64,000 bases of DNA from Mantamonas sphyraenae STR306 (GCA_026936335.1 JAPMXV010000043.1:124001-188000); one strand, 5' to 3'; shown: positions 38,070-51,020, counted from the first letter of the stretch. Made by a program: numbers and translations. The notes: generated by a model from the sequence alone, not told the origin.

Positions 38070-39807
38070 TCAGCGGATCATGTTCTTCATGAGCTTGGAG
38101 GAGCCGGTGGAGCCCGAGGGCAGCTTGAGAGACTTGGCCATGGCAGAGGAGCCGCTTTCGCGGGACTCCTCGTAGTCAAAGACCTTCCAGAAACGGAGAG
38201 TTTCGTCACCTGCGGCGGTGCACACAGTGCTGCCGTCCGGGCTGAGGACCATGTGGAGGACACGAGAGGTGTGACCCATGGGCTCGGCAATCTTGACCAT
38301 GCTGGGATACTTCCACACGCACAGCTGGTTCTGGCTGTAGCCGTGTGCAGAGACGAGCTCCTTGTGGGTGCGGCTCCACTGGAGACCGCAGACCTGGGAG
38401 CCCGTGTCAATGGAGTTGAGCAGAGCGCCGGTGGTCACGTTCCAAAACTTGATGGTACGATCGGCGCTACCGCCGCCAGTGGCGAGCAGGTTGTTCTGGA
38501 ACGGGCACCAAGCCATGGCCTTGACCGCAGCCTGATGGTCCGTAATGGTGAACTTTGGTGCGCCGCCACGGACGTCCCAGATGTTGAGCAGGTTGTCGTT
38601 GCCGCCGGAGGCGAGATGCTGACCGTCGCCGCTCCACTGGAGGCCGCAGACCTCCTGAGTGTGAGCGGACAGGGTAGCGATGTTGTGCTCTCGCTCACGG
38701 ACATCGTGGTGGACAATGGTGCTGTCCCGCGAGCCGGAGCTGAGGATGTGGCCGTTCCACGCCAGAGAAGACACGCGAGCCATGTGGCCGTCCATCGAAC
38801 GGACTTGCTTCATATGGTCGCAGTCCCACAGGTTGACTTTCGCATCGCTGGTTCCCACCGCGAGGTAATTGCCTTCCTGGATCCAGCGCAGCGAGGTGAC
38901 GTAGTTCTCCGAGTCCAGTTCCACGAGCTGCTCGATGCTGCCGCTGCTGGGAGCGTACAAGTACACGGTGGCACCCAGCGCCACAGCCAGCGTGCCCGAG
39001 CAGCTGTAGTCCAGGTTGTTCAGGTAAAAGTCATCCACAAGATCCGGTGCATCCAGCACACGCTCCGCCGTCTCCGGAACGTGCCTGAACTTGCGGGTCT
39101 GTGATGGGAGAGCGCATGGGAGCATTGGGGAGGGTGGGTAGGTGAATTGGGGAGGCATGAGTGTGAGAGGGGGAAAAGTAGCCGTTTGCGCGCGCTTTTT
39201 TTTGAACACCAGGTAACGGTCACCTGCAAAGACATGCACAACACAACGTACCTTGCGCTCGTTCTTGCTGGTGCTGTACAGCACCTTGAGCGAGTTCTGA
39301 TAACCTTCCTTCGGGGCCGGGGCCTTTGACTTGAATGCGAGGATCTTGGAGGAGGAGGAGCCAGTGGAGCGCCCGTCAAAGAGGTTGTCGGCAAGAGTTT
39401 GCGCGTAGCTCTCTTTGGTGGGCGACAACAGCAGCTCGCTCTCGTCGTTGCCGTGAACGGTGTTCTGGGTGGGCACGTTCTCGGTGTTTGGTCAGGTTGA
39501 AGTGACTGATCTCCAGATCCATGGCAGAGCGCGAAGGGATGAATCGATCCATCTGGGGAGTCGACTGCGACTTGCGCGCGGGGGTTCGACGCACGCTGCG
39601 CGTGCTTCGGTTCGGCGTCGTGCACACGCTGCTGGCGCTCGAGCTGTTCAGCGCCGAAGATGAACTGGCGTTCATCATGGCCGCCTCACGCTCCAGTTGC
39701 TTGCGCTTCCAGCGAGGCATGCTCGTCGTCGAGTCGGAGGCAAAGATCTCGTCGAGTCCTTCCTCCACGTCAAATTCAGACGCATGGTTGATTGTCTTGG
39801 TGGACAT
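38070..39807 (-). CDS. CDC20: APC/C activator Cdc20/Fizzy; one intron and a 1-nt frame break at about 39488
   Basis: C-box DRFIPSR, KILAF Mad2-binding motif, RVLDAPDLVDDFYLN, WD40 repeats (HTQEVCGLQWS, LASGGNDN, DETLRFW) and IR tail. Confidence 0.95.
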
Positions 39808-40245
39808 GATGTGTGTTGTGTGATGATAATGAAAAGTGTGTGCAATGCAGGGTGTGATCGGGTGTCGATCGAGAGATGCAGCAAAGATTGGGTGTGTGGT
39901 CTAAAAAGAGGCACTTGGATCAGCCAGCGCAGAGCAGCATCTGCTTTTTGAAGTGGGACATTTGAGGGGAGGACCGAAAGCGGCTGGGAGTGGGGCTCAG
40001 GGAGCTGGATCATGCTTGGCGAACAAGGGTCGCGTTGTGCTTGCCAAGTATCACCGCTGCAGACGCTGGTGAAGCATTGGCCTCTCTTTGGGTTTCTCTG
40101 TTGGCGAGGGCGGCGGAGATTTGCTTGGAAGGGCGGGTGGGCATGAGGAGAGGCGAATTCGTGGAAAGAGGACAGGGCCAGAATCAGATTGTGGAGGATG
40201 CGCCGCGGCCGCCACCACTTTCGCACGCACAAACAACCCACACAC

Positions 40246-41814
40246 ATGTCTGACAAGCGCGAACGCGAAGACGAGGACCCTGTGGAGGAGACCACTGTGT
40301 CAACGACTGACGGCTCGACGAAGGAGGCCGGCGAAGCAAGCAGCAGCAGCAGCAGCAGCAGCGGCGCTGTGGAAGGTGCCGACGATGCGCAGGTGACAAA
40401 GAAGCGCAAGACGATGTCGCTGGCGGACCGTTTGCGTGAGCAGGTGGAGTTCTACTTTAGCGACAGCAACCTGCCGCGGGACAAGCACCTGCGCGGTTTG
40501 GTCGAGGCCGCCGAGGAAGGCTGTAAGTGTGTCACGACGTTGGCTTGTTCCTTTCCCATGCTGTTGCGCTGACACGTGTGGTGCGTGCTCGCACGTCGGT
40601 CTGCAGACGTGGATATTGCTCACATTGCCAGCTTCAAGAAGATGGCCAAGATGCTTGAGGGCCAGGAGCTGTCGGTAGGTTTGGTCGGAGGAGAAGCATC
40701 AGAAATGCAATCGAGGAAGAAGTGGGGCCACACGCTTACACCAACCCACTCTTTCTGCCGACGCGTTCACCGTGTGTGGCGGGTGTGCTCCGCGCACTGT
40801 GTGCGGTAAACTGGGGTTTGTGCGTTTCTCTGTCGCTTCATGGGTGCACACGACGCAGGTTCTGGTCGAAGCACTGCGCGAGTCCGCCGAGCTGGTTGTA
40901 AACGACGCCGGCGACAAGGTGAAGCGGTCGGAGCCCATGTCGGACGACCCCAACTTTAATGACCGCTGCATTTACGCCGTACGTTGGCGGAGGAGGGGGA
41001 GGAGGACGCGCGTGTGTGTGTGTGTGTGTGTGTGGAAGTGAGGAAGTGTGTTTGCGGACGCTGACACCTTTTTTGTGGTTGTGTTTCTTGTCGACGCTGC
41101 CGGGTTGTTTCTGTGTGTGTGGAATGTGTGTTGCGCGTACTACAGAAGGGCTTGCCTGTGGACAGTGAGCTGGACGATCTGATTGACTTTTTCAAGCAGA
41201 ACACGGAGGGAGCGCGTTCTGTGCGCATGCGGCGCCGTCCGGGCAAGGAGCGTGAGTTTAAGGGCTCTGTGTTTGTGGAGTACGCAAGTGAGAAGGAGGC
41301 ACAGGCGGCCGTGGCGGCAGGCCTGTCGTACAACGGAACGGAGCTGGTGCTGATGATGAAAAAGGCGTACAACAAGAGCAAGGCGGAGGAGCGCAAGGCC
41401 AAGAAGGCGCAGGCGGAGAAGGAGGCAGAGGCGGAGGAAGAGGCAAACCTGGAGGTGGACGTGGTTGCAGACTCTGTACTCAAGGTGTCCGGTGTGCCGG
41501 ACGGGACGAGCCGGGAGCACATCAAGGAGAGCCTGGACCCGCTGGCCAAGGTGTCGTTCATCGACTTTTCGCGAGGAGACACAGAAGGGTATGTTCGCTT
41601 CGAGGAGGCCAACACGGCATCCAAGGTAGCGTCGGAGTTTGCGGGGCAGATCAACGGAGCGAGTGCGACTCTGGAGGCGTTGACCGGCGACGCAGAGCAG
41701 ACATACTGGGTGGAGCTGACAAAGATGCGCCACCGTCTGAAGAAGAACGGGCGTGGCGGTGGACGCCGTGGGGGGCGTGGTGGACGTGGAGGGCGCGGGG
41801 GCCGCCGTCGTTGA
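40246..41814 (+). CDS. SSB: La protein (La motif + RRM + xRRM, RGG tail)
   Basis: QVEFYFSDSNLPRDKHL (La motif), VRMRR...FKGSVFVEY (RRM1), FIDFSRGDTEGYVRF...EQTYW (RRM2); multi-exon. Confidence 0.92.
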
Positions 41815-41860
41815 GCAGCAGAGACGTGGAGGAAATGAAATGAAATGAAAACAGGTCAAT

Positions 41861-44644
41861 TCATTGGAGGGCACAGTCACCGCCGTCCATGCTGCATCCG
41901 TCGAGTCCGTCGGCACAGCCAGAGAGGAGATCACCTGATTCGGCACAAAAGACACCTGCCATGGTACCGCAGCTGCCGGCTGCGCTGCCGCAGGCCGAGA
42001 AGCATTCTCCGCACTGGGCGCCGATCTGGTCGAGGCCACAGCCGGACATGTCCGGGCACATGTCGAGCGGGTTCCCACACTCGGAACAACCGAGTGCGTC
42101 GAGAGGGTTGCCACAGCCCCCGCAGCCGAGAGCCTCAAAGGGATTGCCGCACTCGGAACACATGGCGGGCATTTCGAGTCCACAGGGCAGTTCGCAGCCG
42201 CAGCACTGACCCATGTCGTTGTCGAGCAGGCCGCCTGTGTCGGGGAACTCCACCTCTTCAAACGGGTTGGCGACCTCAATGCCACCGACCCAGTCGACGA
42301 ATCCGGAACCGGCCTCGGCCATGCCGTTGAGCATGGTGCCAGCGGCGTTGGTCACACCTTCGACAGAGATGCCCGGGAAGCCGTCAAAGTTGCTGAGGGC
42401 ATCGGCCACGCTGGTGTTGTTCATGGAAGCGCCCAGGTTGCCGAAATGTGCAGCCGCAGCGCCGAGGACAACAATGCCGCCGACGGCAAAGAGGGCGGCC
42501 TTTCCCTTGCCGCCTCCTTTCTTCTTCTTGCCGTCGTCTGTGCCAGAATCCGAGTCCTTGCCCTTTTCGGAATCGGAGGCGGCGGAGGAGGAGGAGGAGG
42601 AGGAGGTGGAGGAGCCACCGGCCTCGGGCTGCCCCGAGTTGACGTCATCCCAGCTGCGCTTGCTCTCAAAGGCGACAAAGCTTGTGTGCGCACAGGGGAC
42701 ACTCTCGTTTTGGGAGAGATTGATGGCCTGGTTCTTGAGCTCCTCAGAGTCTTCGAGCCAGGCCTGCGCTGTGAGGTCCTCCAGGCGCTGGCGGACAAAG
42801 AGCTTGTGGAGGTCCATGGTGCTGCTCTGGATGGTTGTGACGACGTAGCGTGCCATTTGACCGTTGCACATGCGGCCGACGAGCTCGACGGAGCCCGGAA
42901 AGACGCCTGTGTACTTGCCGGCGACGACGAGGGGTGCGCCGCAAAACAGGTCTGGAATGGGGAACGGGTAGAGTTCGCAGGACTGGAGGCCGGAAATGCC
43001 GATGGAGACGTCTGTGAGAACGGGGGTCTCTGCCATTTGGAGAAGCAGGGTCATGGTCTCGAGGATCTTTTCCTCCTGGACGGTGACGCGAGAAAAGCCG
43101 CGTCCGACGGTGGCGAGCATGCGGAGGAAGTACTTGTTGCAATATGGCCCGATACCAAAGGTGACGATGCGTGCGGGTGAGCCACAGTCCTTGACAAACT
43201 TGCAGATCTGGCGCTCGTCTGCAACGGCGCCGTCGGTGATGAGAAAGATGAATGGCACGGCCTGGACGGCTTCAAACATCTGCATGCTCTGCTGGATGGG
43301 AGTCATGATGTCAGTGGCACCTTGGATCTGGATGTTGCTGACCCAGGTCTTTGCCTGCTGGATGTTTTGGGGCGTGGCCTGGACGAGCTGGTTGTTCATC
43401 CAGGCCTGGAGGTTGTCAAAGGCACAGACGTTGAACCAGTCGGCCTGAGTGAGCATATCGAGGCCGACGAGGACCGAGTCTTTGGCTTGCTTGAGCGGGT
43501 CGCCGTACATGGAGCCCGAGCGGTCGAGGAGAAAGATGCAGGCGCGAGGAAAGGTCATCCGAAGGGCCTCGCGCACGGGCGGGGCAACAAACATGGCAAA
43601 GGAGCCACGGGTGTCTCCGCTACCATTGTCTTGGGGCGGCTGAATGACCATTGTTGCGGCGACGTCCTGGGTGCGGATGTAGTAGCCGAGGTCAAAGTTG
43701 CGATTCTTCCACTTGCTGACTTGGACCTGGGTGAGGCCTGCCATCTGCGAGTACGGCGAGATGGAGTGGGAGGAGCTTTCGACCTCGCAGGAGGAGCCGC
43801 CAGTGTTGATGAAGCATTCAAAGTGCATGATTTTTTCCACGTGCGAGTCTGGGAAGTCCAGTGGGATGTGCAGGTGGTACTGGCCGCGGCGGTACTCCAG
43901 GACCTCGAGGTAGACTGCGACGACTTCGACGCGCATCTTTTTGGCCACGTCTGCGATGGGCAGCTGGAACATGTCTGGGTGGTAGGTTTCGCATGCTGTG
44001 GTTTCCTCATCCTATTGCAGGGGGCGAGGGGGCGGGAGGGAGATGGGGAAGATAAACGGTTTTCGTGTCAGTGGCGGGGTGGAAGAGGATTGGGTGCGGA
44101 AAGGGTTGGGAAGGGGACGGGACGGGAGGAAGAGGTGTTGGAGAGTACCGGGGGGCAAACAGGCGTTGGGTGGTGGTTTGTGGGAGGGGTGGCGGGAGGA
44201 GGAGGAGCTGTGTTTGTCAGGGAGCAAACGTACGCCGTCTTCAATGTACCCTTGGGCTCGTCTTGCGGGACAACCATGGTTTCGAGGACGCGGTTGTCGC
44301 CAACGCGCATGCGTACGGAGGAGACGGTGGCGTTTTCGTTTGTGGGGAGGAAGAAGCGAGCATTGCACTGTGGGGGGTCGAAAGAGTGGGGTTTGCGGAT
44401 GTGAGTGGTGAGAAAGAGAGCGTTGAGAGGGGAAAGGGGTGCGGTGGGCAAGGAAGTGGGTCGCGTGGACGGGTGCCTCGGGTGGTTCAGATTCACCGAC
44501 CTTGCCCTGGTTGTTGTACCAAACGCCGCGAATGGTGGTGACGGCGGTGGCGACGTGGACTTGGACGTCGACGGAGATCTCCTGGAGCTCAAAGGCCTTT
44601 CCGTCGTCTGTGGCGACAGTGGGGGCACCGTAGCCCTTTTCCAT
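41861..44644 (-). CDS. VIT + von Willebrand A protein (ITIH/VWA5-like) with a Cys-rich C-terminal tail
   Basis: VIT-like 5' exons (ISVDVQVHVATAVTTI, ARFFLP...VSSV); MIDAS LLDRSGSM...GATD...ITDG; PFPIPDLF; tail with repeated CGNP-x-x-x-L-G-C. Confidence 0.85.
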
Positions 44645-44750
44645 GGTGTGTATAAGGTCGGGAGTGGGCTCCGGGGGGAGGGTGCAGTTGGGGGCGGACG
44701 CGCGCGTGACCCGTGGCACCTCAAAGTCGGAGCAAAAGGCAAGCAGAGAG

Positions 44751-47700
44751 ATGTCGAAGCGTAAGGCAGGAGATCTTGCAAGCCAGCTGGGAGCTGAGGA
44801 CGACGGAGGGGAGTGGAGCGACAGCGAGGAGAGCGAAAGCGATGAGAACGAGAGCGGGGGCGAGGAAAACGAAACGGGATCGGCGACGGCGGACGGGAAG
44901 ATGCATGATGCAAAACGGCAGCGTGTGGGCGGCAAGCAGGGCAAGAGCGTGTACAGCATGCCGAGCAACGACGAACTGCGTCAGATGAAGGAGACACAGG
45001 ACTTGTTCAACTCGAATCTGTTCCGTCTGGAGGTGAGTGGGTGTGGGGTCGGGGTTGGGACGCGATGCATGTTTGCGGGCAAGGGCCGCCGCTGACGCGT
45101 GGACGTGCATGTGCAGATGCAAGAGTTGCTGAACGAAGCCGGAGTGAACTACACAAAGAGCAGTGCCGTGGAGGCTGCGCTGGCTCAGCTGTACGAGGAG
45201 GTGACGGGGCTGCCGTCGCAGGCTGGAGTTGACGAGGAGTTTGCAAGCGAGGCCGGTCTGTCGCTGTATGGGCGGGATGCAAAGGGGGTGGTGCTGGACT
45301 TTGAGGCACCCAGTCACGTAAACGTGGTGGGATCGTTTGCGCAGCGAACAGTGGTGAAGCCCGAGCGGTGTGTGGATGTGGTTGTGCAGATGCCCAGTGA
45401 GTGTGTGGCACCAAAAGACTATGTGAACTACCGATACGAGGACAAGCGACTGTTGTACCTGTGCGTGATTGCCAAACACGTGGGCGGGCTCGGATGGGTC
45501 AAGGGGGTGCGGTGGGAGCGTGTGCGAGGGCGGATGGCGCTGGTGGTGACGCCAGGAGTCATTCAGGTGGATGGACGCAAGGTGCGGACCAAGTTTGAGA
45601 TTCGGGTGGTTGTGAGCGTGGAGGCAGGTGCGCTTGCGTTCAAGAAGGTCGCGCCGCAGAGGAGCAACGTGCGAGGGGACGCGCGCGGAGCTGTGGCGAC
45701 GCCGATGTACAACCACGGAATGGTGGAGGACATGCTGATGGAGACACACACGCAGTACCTGCACGAGATGCTGTCCAAGTCGGACAACGGCAACCTGCAC
45801 GAGACGATTATGCTGTTCAAGGTGTGGCTGCGGAGGAGGCGGATGTCGGGGCGAACGGACGGCGTGGGTGGGTTTCTGATGAGCATGGTGCTGTGCCACC
45901 TTGTGCGGCAACACAAGATTACGCGGCACATGAGCGCGTATCAAATGTTCCGCGTGGCCCTAAAGTGGCTTGCAGACACAGAGTGGGCCCAGTCTCCTCA
46001 GAGCCTGTACGACGGCACGCGGGAAGATGCAAACCCGGACGTGGAGGCTGTGTTGGAGGCGATGGTGGAGCATCACGACGCTGTGCTGCTGGACCCGACG
46101 GGTTACTGCAACGTGGCGGCGCACATGTCCGCAGACACGCTGGAGGATCTGCGATACGAAGCGGGGCTGTCGCTCGCATTCTTGGACAAGAGCGCTGTGG
46201 AAGGGTTTGAGGCTGTGTTTGTGCAGGACGTGCAGCCGTACCTGAAATACGACATGCTCTTTGTTGTACCCGGGTTGGAGGAGCAAGGGCAGCTTGTGGA
46301 CGTGGACAAGGCACGGGAGATGCGAAAGCGCGTGCTGGACGTGTTGCGTCGCGGTTTGACTGACCGAGTGACGGTGATTCGGCATGTGGGGACGGGAAAG
46401 GAGGGTGCGATGCTGGTGGGCCTGGTTGTGGACGTGAGCAACGCGGTACGCGTGGTGGATCGGGGTCCGGCAGCAGATGACACAGAAGCCGCGGAGGCGT
46501 TTCGGGAGTTTTGGGGTGAAAAGAGTGAGATGCGGCGATTCAAGGACGGTGCGATCATCGAGGCAGTGGTGTGGGACGTGGACTTGGAAGAGCGGGAGGA
46601 GATTGTGGCGCAGGTGGTACGCTACGTGATTGAGCGGCACTTTGGGGTGGATGGCGCGCGGGTGGAGGTGTTTGGGAACGACGGCGGGGTGGCAAAGGGA
46701 ACAAGGGGGGTGGACACGAAGCAAGTGATGCAGACGACGCTGGAGCTGACAAACACGCTGCGGGATCTGGACGGAGTGCCACTGAACGTGATTTCTGCGC
46801 AGGGAATCTCGGCAGCGTATCGGTATGCGGACGTGTGGGCTGGGAGCGCATACGAGCTGGGAGAGGGAGAAGAGGGTGCGTTGCGGATTGTGCGTCCGTT
46901 GGAGGTTGTGGTGCAGTTTGAATCGAGCAGCAAGTGGCCGAAGGATGACGTGGCAGCCATTGTCCACCTGAAGGCGGCGATGTACGTGGAGATGAGCAAA
47001 GCGCTCAAGGAAGGGCATGGGATTGAGAGCAGCTGCACGGCGCACTACATGGATGTGGCGTTCGGCGGCTTTGTGTTTCGTGTGTTTATCTTTCACCTGC
47101 AGGAGCTGATGTTGCACGCTCGGTTTGACCGCGTGGAGGCGGCGAATGTGGGCCGTGAGCTGATGGACCTGCCAAAACACACGGGGATGGTGAGTGCGTT
47201 CCATGCACAAAACGTGATGTTTGGGCCGACGGTTCGGCTAGCAAAGCGGTGGGTGCACGCGCAGCTGTTTAGCGGGTACGTGCGGGAGGAGGCGGTGGAA
47301 TTGCTGGTGATGTATGTATTTGTGAACCCTGCGCCGTACCAGGCGCCGCAGAGTGCACTGACGGGCTTCATGCGGTTCCTGGAGCTGGTTGCCGAGTATG
47401 ATTGGGCGAACAACGCGCTGATTGTGGACCAGGACGGGAGCTTGGACGAGCGTTCACGGGAGGAGGTGCGTGCACACTACGAGGCGTTGCAGGAGGGAGG
47501 GGTTAGCCCTGGGATGTTTGTGGCAACGCAGGAGGACCGGTTTGATTCCATTTGGACGGCGGACGGGCCGAGCGAGATGATTTTGGGGCGGATGCAGGCG
47601 AGGGCGAGGTTGGCCATGGAAATGGTCGGGGAAATGATTGAGAGGGGCCTGCGTGGAGGCGGAGGCGGAAAGGGAAAGAAACTGTGGAAGGCGGTCTTTC

Positions 47701-48200
47701 AGTGCAGCGAGGAGGACTACGACGTGCGGCTGAATCTAGACCGGGCAATGCTGGGCATGGGCAAGGCGTTGGGCAAGGCGGTGGGCGGGGAAGGAAGGTA
47801 CGCGAATCTGAAGAGGGCGGTGAATCTGATCCCCGACGTGCTTATTGGGTTTGAGCCGGCGGCAAGACTGATCGAGGAGTTGCAGGGGAGGTACGGGCAT
47901 CTGGCGTTGTTCTTTTTCAACGAGCTGGAGCCGTGGCGAGTGTACATGGTGTGGAAACCCGCGGCGTTGTTGCCGCAGGCGTTTGGGATGGCCAGGAGTC
48001 GGCATGTGATGCCGTTGCAAGCGGTGGGGGAGGAGATGAAGACTGGGAAGGGGAAAGGGAAAGGGAAAGGGAAAGCGAAGGGGACAGGGAAGGGGAAGGG
48101 GATGTTGGACGGGCATACGTTGGTGAATGTGTTTGAGGTGTTGGCCGGGGTCAAGGTGTTGGGGGCCGGGGTGGTGGAGTCGGTCACAGTCATGAATTAG
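44751..48200 (+). CDS. NOL6: Nucleolar protein 6 / Utp22 (Nrap family)
   Basis: LFNSNLFRLE|MQELL across intron 45033-45116; VVGSF, KDYVNYRY, FREFWGEKSEMRRFKDGAI, FESSSKWP, TVRLAKRW. Confidence 0.95.
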
Positions 48201-48565
48201 AAGTGTTCTTTTGTTGCGCAGTTGGTTGCAATTGAGCGTGAACGTGGCTCCACCACCGAGAACAACGCCCAGAAACACATAGAATGTTCACCGAGGCATG
48301 ATATCACTCCTCTGTGGGTTCTTTGTGATCACAGAGATGCTCACACCCCGGTTGCGCTCATGGCTGAGCTCCAACCGCCAATCGTTCCCACCCCCTTCGG
48401 TTTCCACGTGCACTGAAAGAAGCTTACCAAAGTCATCTAAACAATGGTGACAATGAATCCTTGCGAATAATGCATTGTGTGGACGAGAAGGGATGTCAAG
48501 CAGGTGTGATGGACAAGGCGCACCAGACGCCAACCTGACGGATCAGAAATTGTCACCAAACCAAC

Positions 48566-49606
48566 ATGCCCAGTGCAATGAACCCAACGTTCAAGATCAA
48601 CACACACGGTGGGGTGTACAAGTCTGGTTCTGCCATCCCGGAAGCGATGCGTCTCAACATAGTAAACGGCTACCTGAACGCAAACCCCCCGCAATCAATG
48701 AAGCAGGTAGCCTTGCACTGGAAGGTCAGCGTAGGTGCTGTGCACAAGTACGTTGCCCAGTTTCGTGCCACAGGAGGTGTGGCACCTCAACCTCGTGCGG
48801 GTGGGCGGCCAGAAAAATTGCAGGCGCACCACAAACGATTCCTGGTCCGCCTCATAGCGAAGCACAGTGCCACGTATCTTGATGAGATGCAGCTGGCTTT
48901 GACGAGACAGTTCAATCTTCGAGTTTCCCTGTCTACACTGTGTAGATTCTGCCAACGGCATCAGTTGCGACTGAAAAAGTTGAAGATTGTCCCTGCTGAA
49001 CGCAAGAAGCCGCACGTGCGTGCGCGGCGGCGCGATTTTGAACGGCTACAACGTACAGATGCACGAATGCGCGCAAGGAATGTAGTGTGGGTCGACGAGA
49101 CTGGAGTCAACAACCGCGAGTGTTGGCGTCGCCGTGGAAGAAACAAACCGGGCGTCGACGCCCTCTCTGTGCAAACCTACTCGCGCCAGAGACGGAGTAT
49201 CTCTGTACTGGCGGCCATTGGAGGCGGAAGGCATGGTCTCATGTGCTGGCAGACGCGGACTGGGGCACACAAGCGTGTGGATTTCCTTTTCTTTTTGCGG
49301 CATCGCTTGCTGCCGCGGATGCAACGGTACAGGCAGTCAGTCATTGTGTTGGATAACTGCTCGATTCACAAGGGCGATGAAGTGAAGCAGCTGTGTGCAC
49401 AGTACGGCGTCGAGCTGGAGTATCTCCCGGCATACTCGCCATACCTAAACCCCATCGAGGAGATGTTCAGCAAATTCAAGGCCATGCTGCGGCGGCACCA
49501 CCATCGCGTGGACATCTGCACAGAGGCTGCCATAGACCATGCCCTACATTTTGTAGGATGGCGGGAAGTGAACGGTTGGATCAAACACTCAAACTATGTC
49601 GCCTGA
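48566..49606 (+). CDS. IS630/Tc1-mariner DD34E transposase with a paired-like DNA-binding domain
   Basis: Intact 346-aa ORF. Catalytic VVWVDETG / IVLDNCSIHK / LPAYSPYLNPIEE with exactly 34 residues between the second D and E; N-terminal HTH domains. Confidence 0.95.
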   Translation: MPSAMNPTFKINTHGGVYKSGSAIPEAMRLNIVNGYLNANPPQSMKQVALHWKVSVGAVHKYVAQFRATGGVAPQPRAGGRPEKLQAHHKRFLVRLIAKHSATYLDEMQLALTRQFNLRVSLSTLCRFCQRHQLRLKKLKIVPAERKKPHVRARRRDFERLQRTDARMRARNVVWVDETGVNNRECWRRRGRNKPGVDALSVQTYSRQRRSISVLAAIGGGRHGLMCWQTRTGAHKRVDFLFFLRHRLLPRMQRYRQSVIVLDNCSIHKGDEVKQLCAQYGVELEYLPAYSPYLNPIEEMFSKFKAMLRRHHHRVDICTEAAIDHALHFVGWREVNGWIKHSNYVA

Positions 49607-51020
49607 TGATGGTCTGACACGCATCTCCAACTGAATCACCAGTATGGTGTCCACACTCCTTGCACACAGTTCACAGCAGCCTACAACCGACGTAGTCCAC
49701 TCTACACACCACGAGAGGGATGCAGTGGCAAGGCCGTCCCGCGCGTGTATAATCCTCCTGACCAGGCGTTCTGTGTGCTGGCGATGAAAAATCCGTACCA
49801 AACCGGCTGAGCAAATCCCCCTTCCTTGTGCGAGGGGGCAAGCTTGTTCTCCGATGGGACTTAGTGGGGCGCCGCATAGCACAGAGAATGGGTGTGGTCT
49901 GCATGTCTAGCCGTGCAACCTCTCAGGAGAGGAAATGAACAGGCGTTTCCCTGCTACGCATTGCCCTCCAACTCGGCCCACAATCTCGTACCATTGTGGA
50001 CGCTTCAACTGGGAAGGGCGCTTGCACCCACTCTCAGAGGGTCGTCTTGGACCACCCACATTGCGTCGCACAGAGTGCTGTCTGAGGCACAGGGGTGGTG
50101 CTACTGGGTTGCACTGCTGTGACCAACGTGGAGCTATGCATGGGCTGATGCCCATGCTGACGGAGCATGTGATGCAGTCGGTGGGACAGGAGCATGATGC
50201 AGAGACACTGGTGAGGATGTGGTGTCGTGGGGGCAGTCTGGTGGGGGAGGAGGGGCATGCGGAGTCGCCGAGGTGGTGCACTCCACTGTGTACCATGCAA
50301 AGTGTCTGCGACTGGCAAAGGAGTGTAGCAAGGTGGCACATGCGGTGAGTGATGGTGAGGTGGCACGTGGACGTTTGGGTATGCGGGGCTGTGTGTTTGA
50401 TGGCGATGGTCGAGGTGGCATTGGAGCAGCATGGGGAGGAGGGAGTGGAAAAGGACAAGCACAGGTAGTGGGTGGGTACTTGGACAGTGTGGATGTGGAG
50501 GAGATGGTGGAGGCGGAGGAGGTGGAGTACCTGAGTGGGCGCAGAGCACAGCGGGTGCTGCGCTTCGCGTACCAACACATCCCACAACCTCCCACCGTTA
50601 TGCACGTTTCAACTGGCTGGGCAATTCGCTTGCGTACACTTATGCAATAGCACAGAGTCGTCGTAAACCACCCTCCCTGTGGTGTGCTGTTACTTTGTAT
50701 CTTTGGCCATGTGTGCAGCCTTGGTCAGCTCTCGCGCATCACATGCTGGATGTACTGAAGCCGAGGCAGAGGTGATGGACGGCTTGTGCGCGTGTTTTCG
50801 CTTGTGTGTGATGGTCCAGGAGCTCTATGTAGAGGTGTGATGCTGAAGAACATACATTCGCCGACCAAAGTCCGCTGCGCGCAGGCGCTGCGCCCCACGC
50901 TGTATCATCTGCACACAACCAAACACACGATTGTAACAAGCAACGTTACCTTGTTGGGCATCCCTGGCAAGGGGCTTCCCGCGACCGATGGCATCCTCTT
51001 GCCCAGGCAATACAAAACGC

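Noticed and set aside
15599-39807. Functional cell-cycle cluster (TICRR, MAD1, MUS81, CDC20)
   Set aside because: Interspersed with unrelated genes; expected by chance in a compact genome unless synteny shows otherwise.
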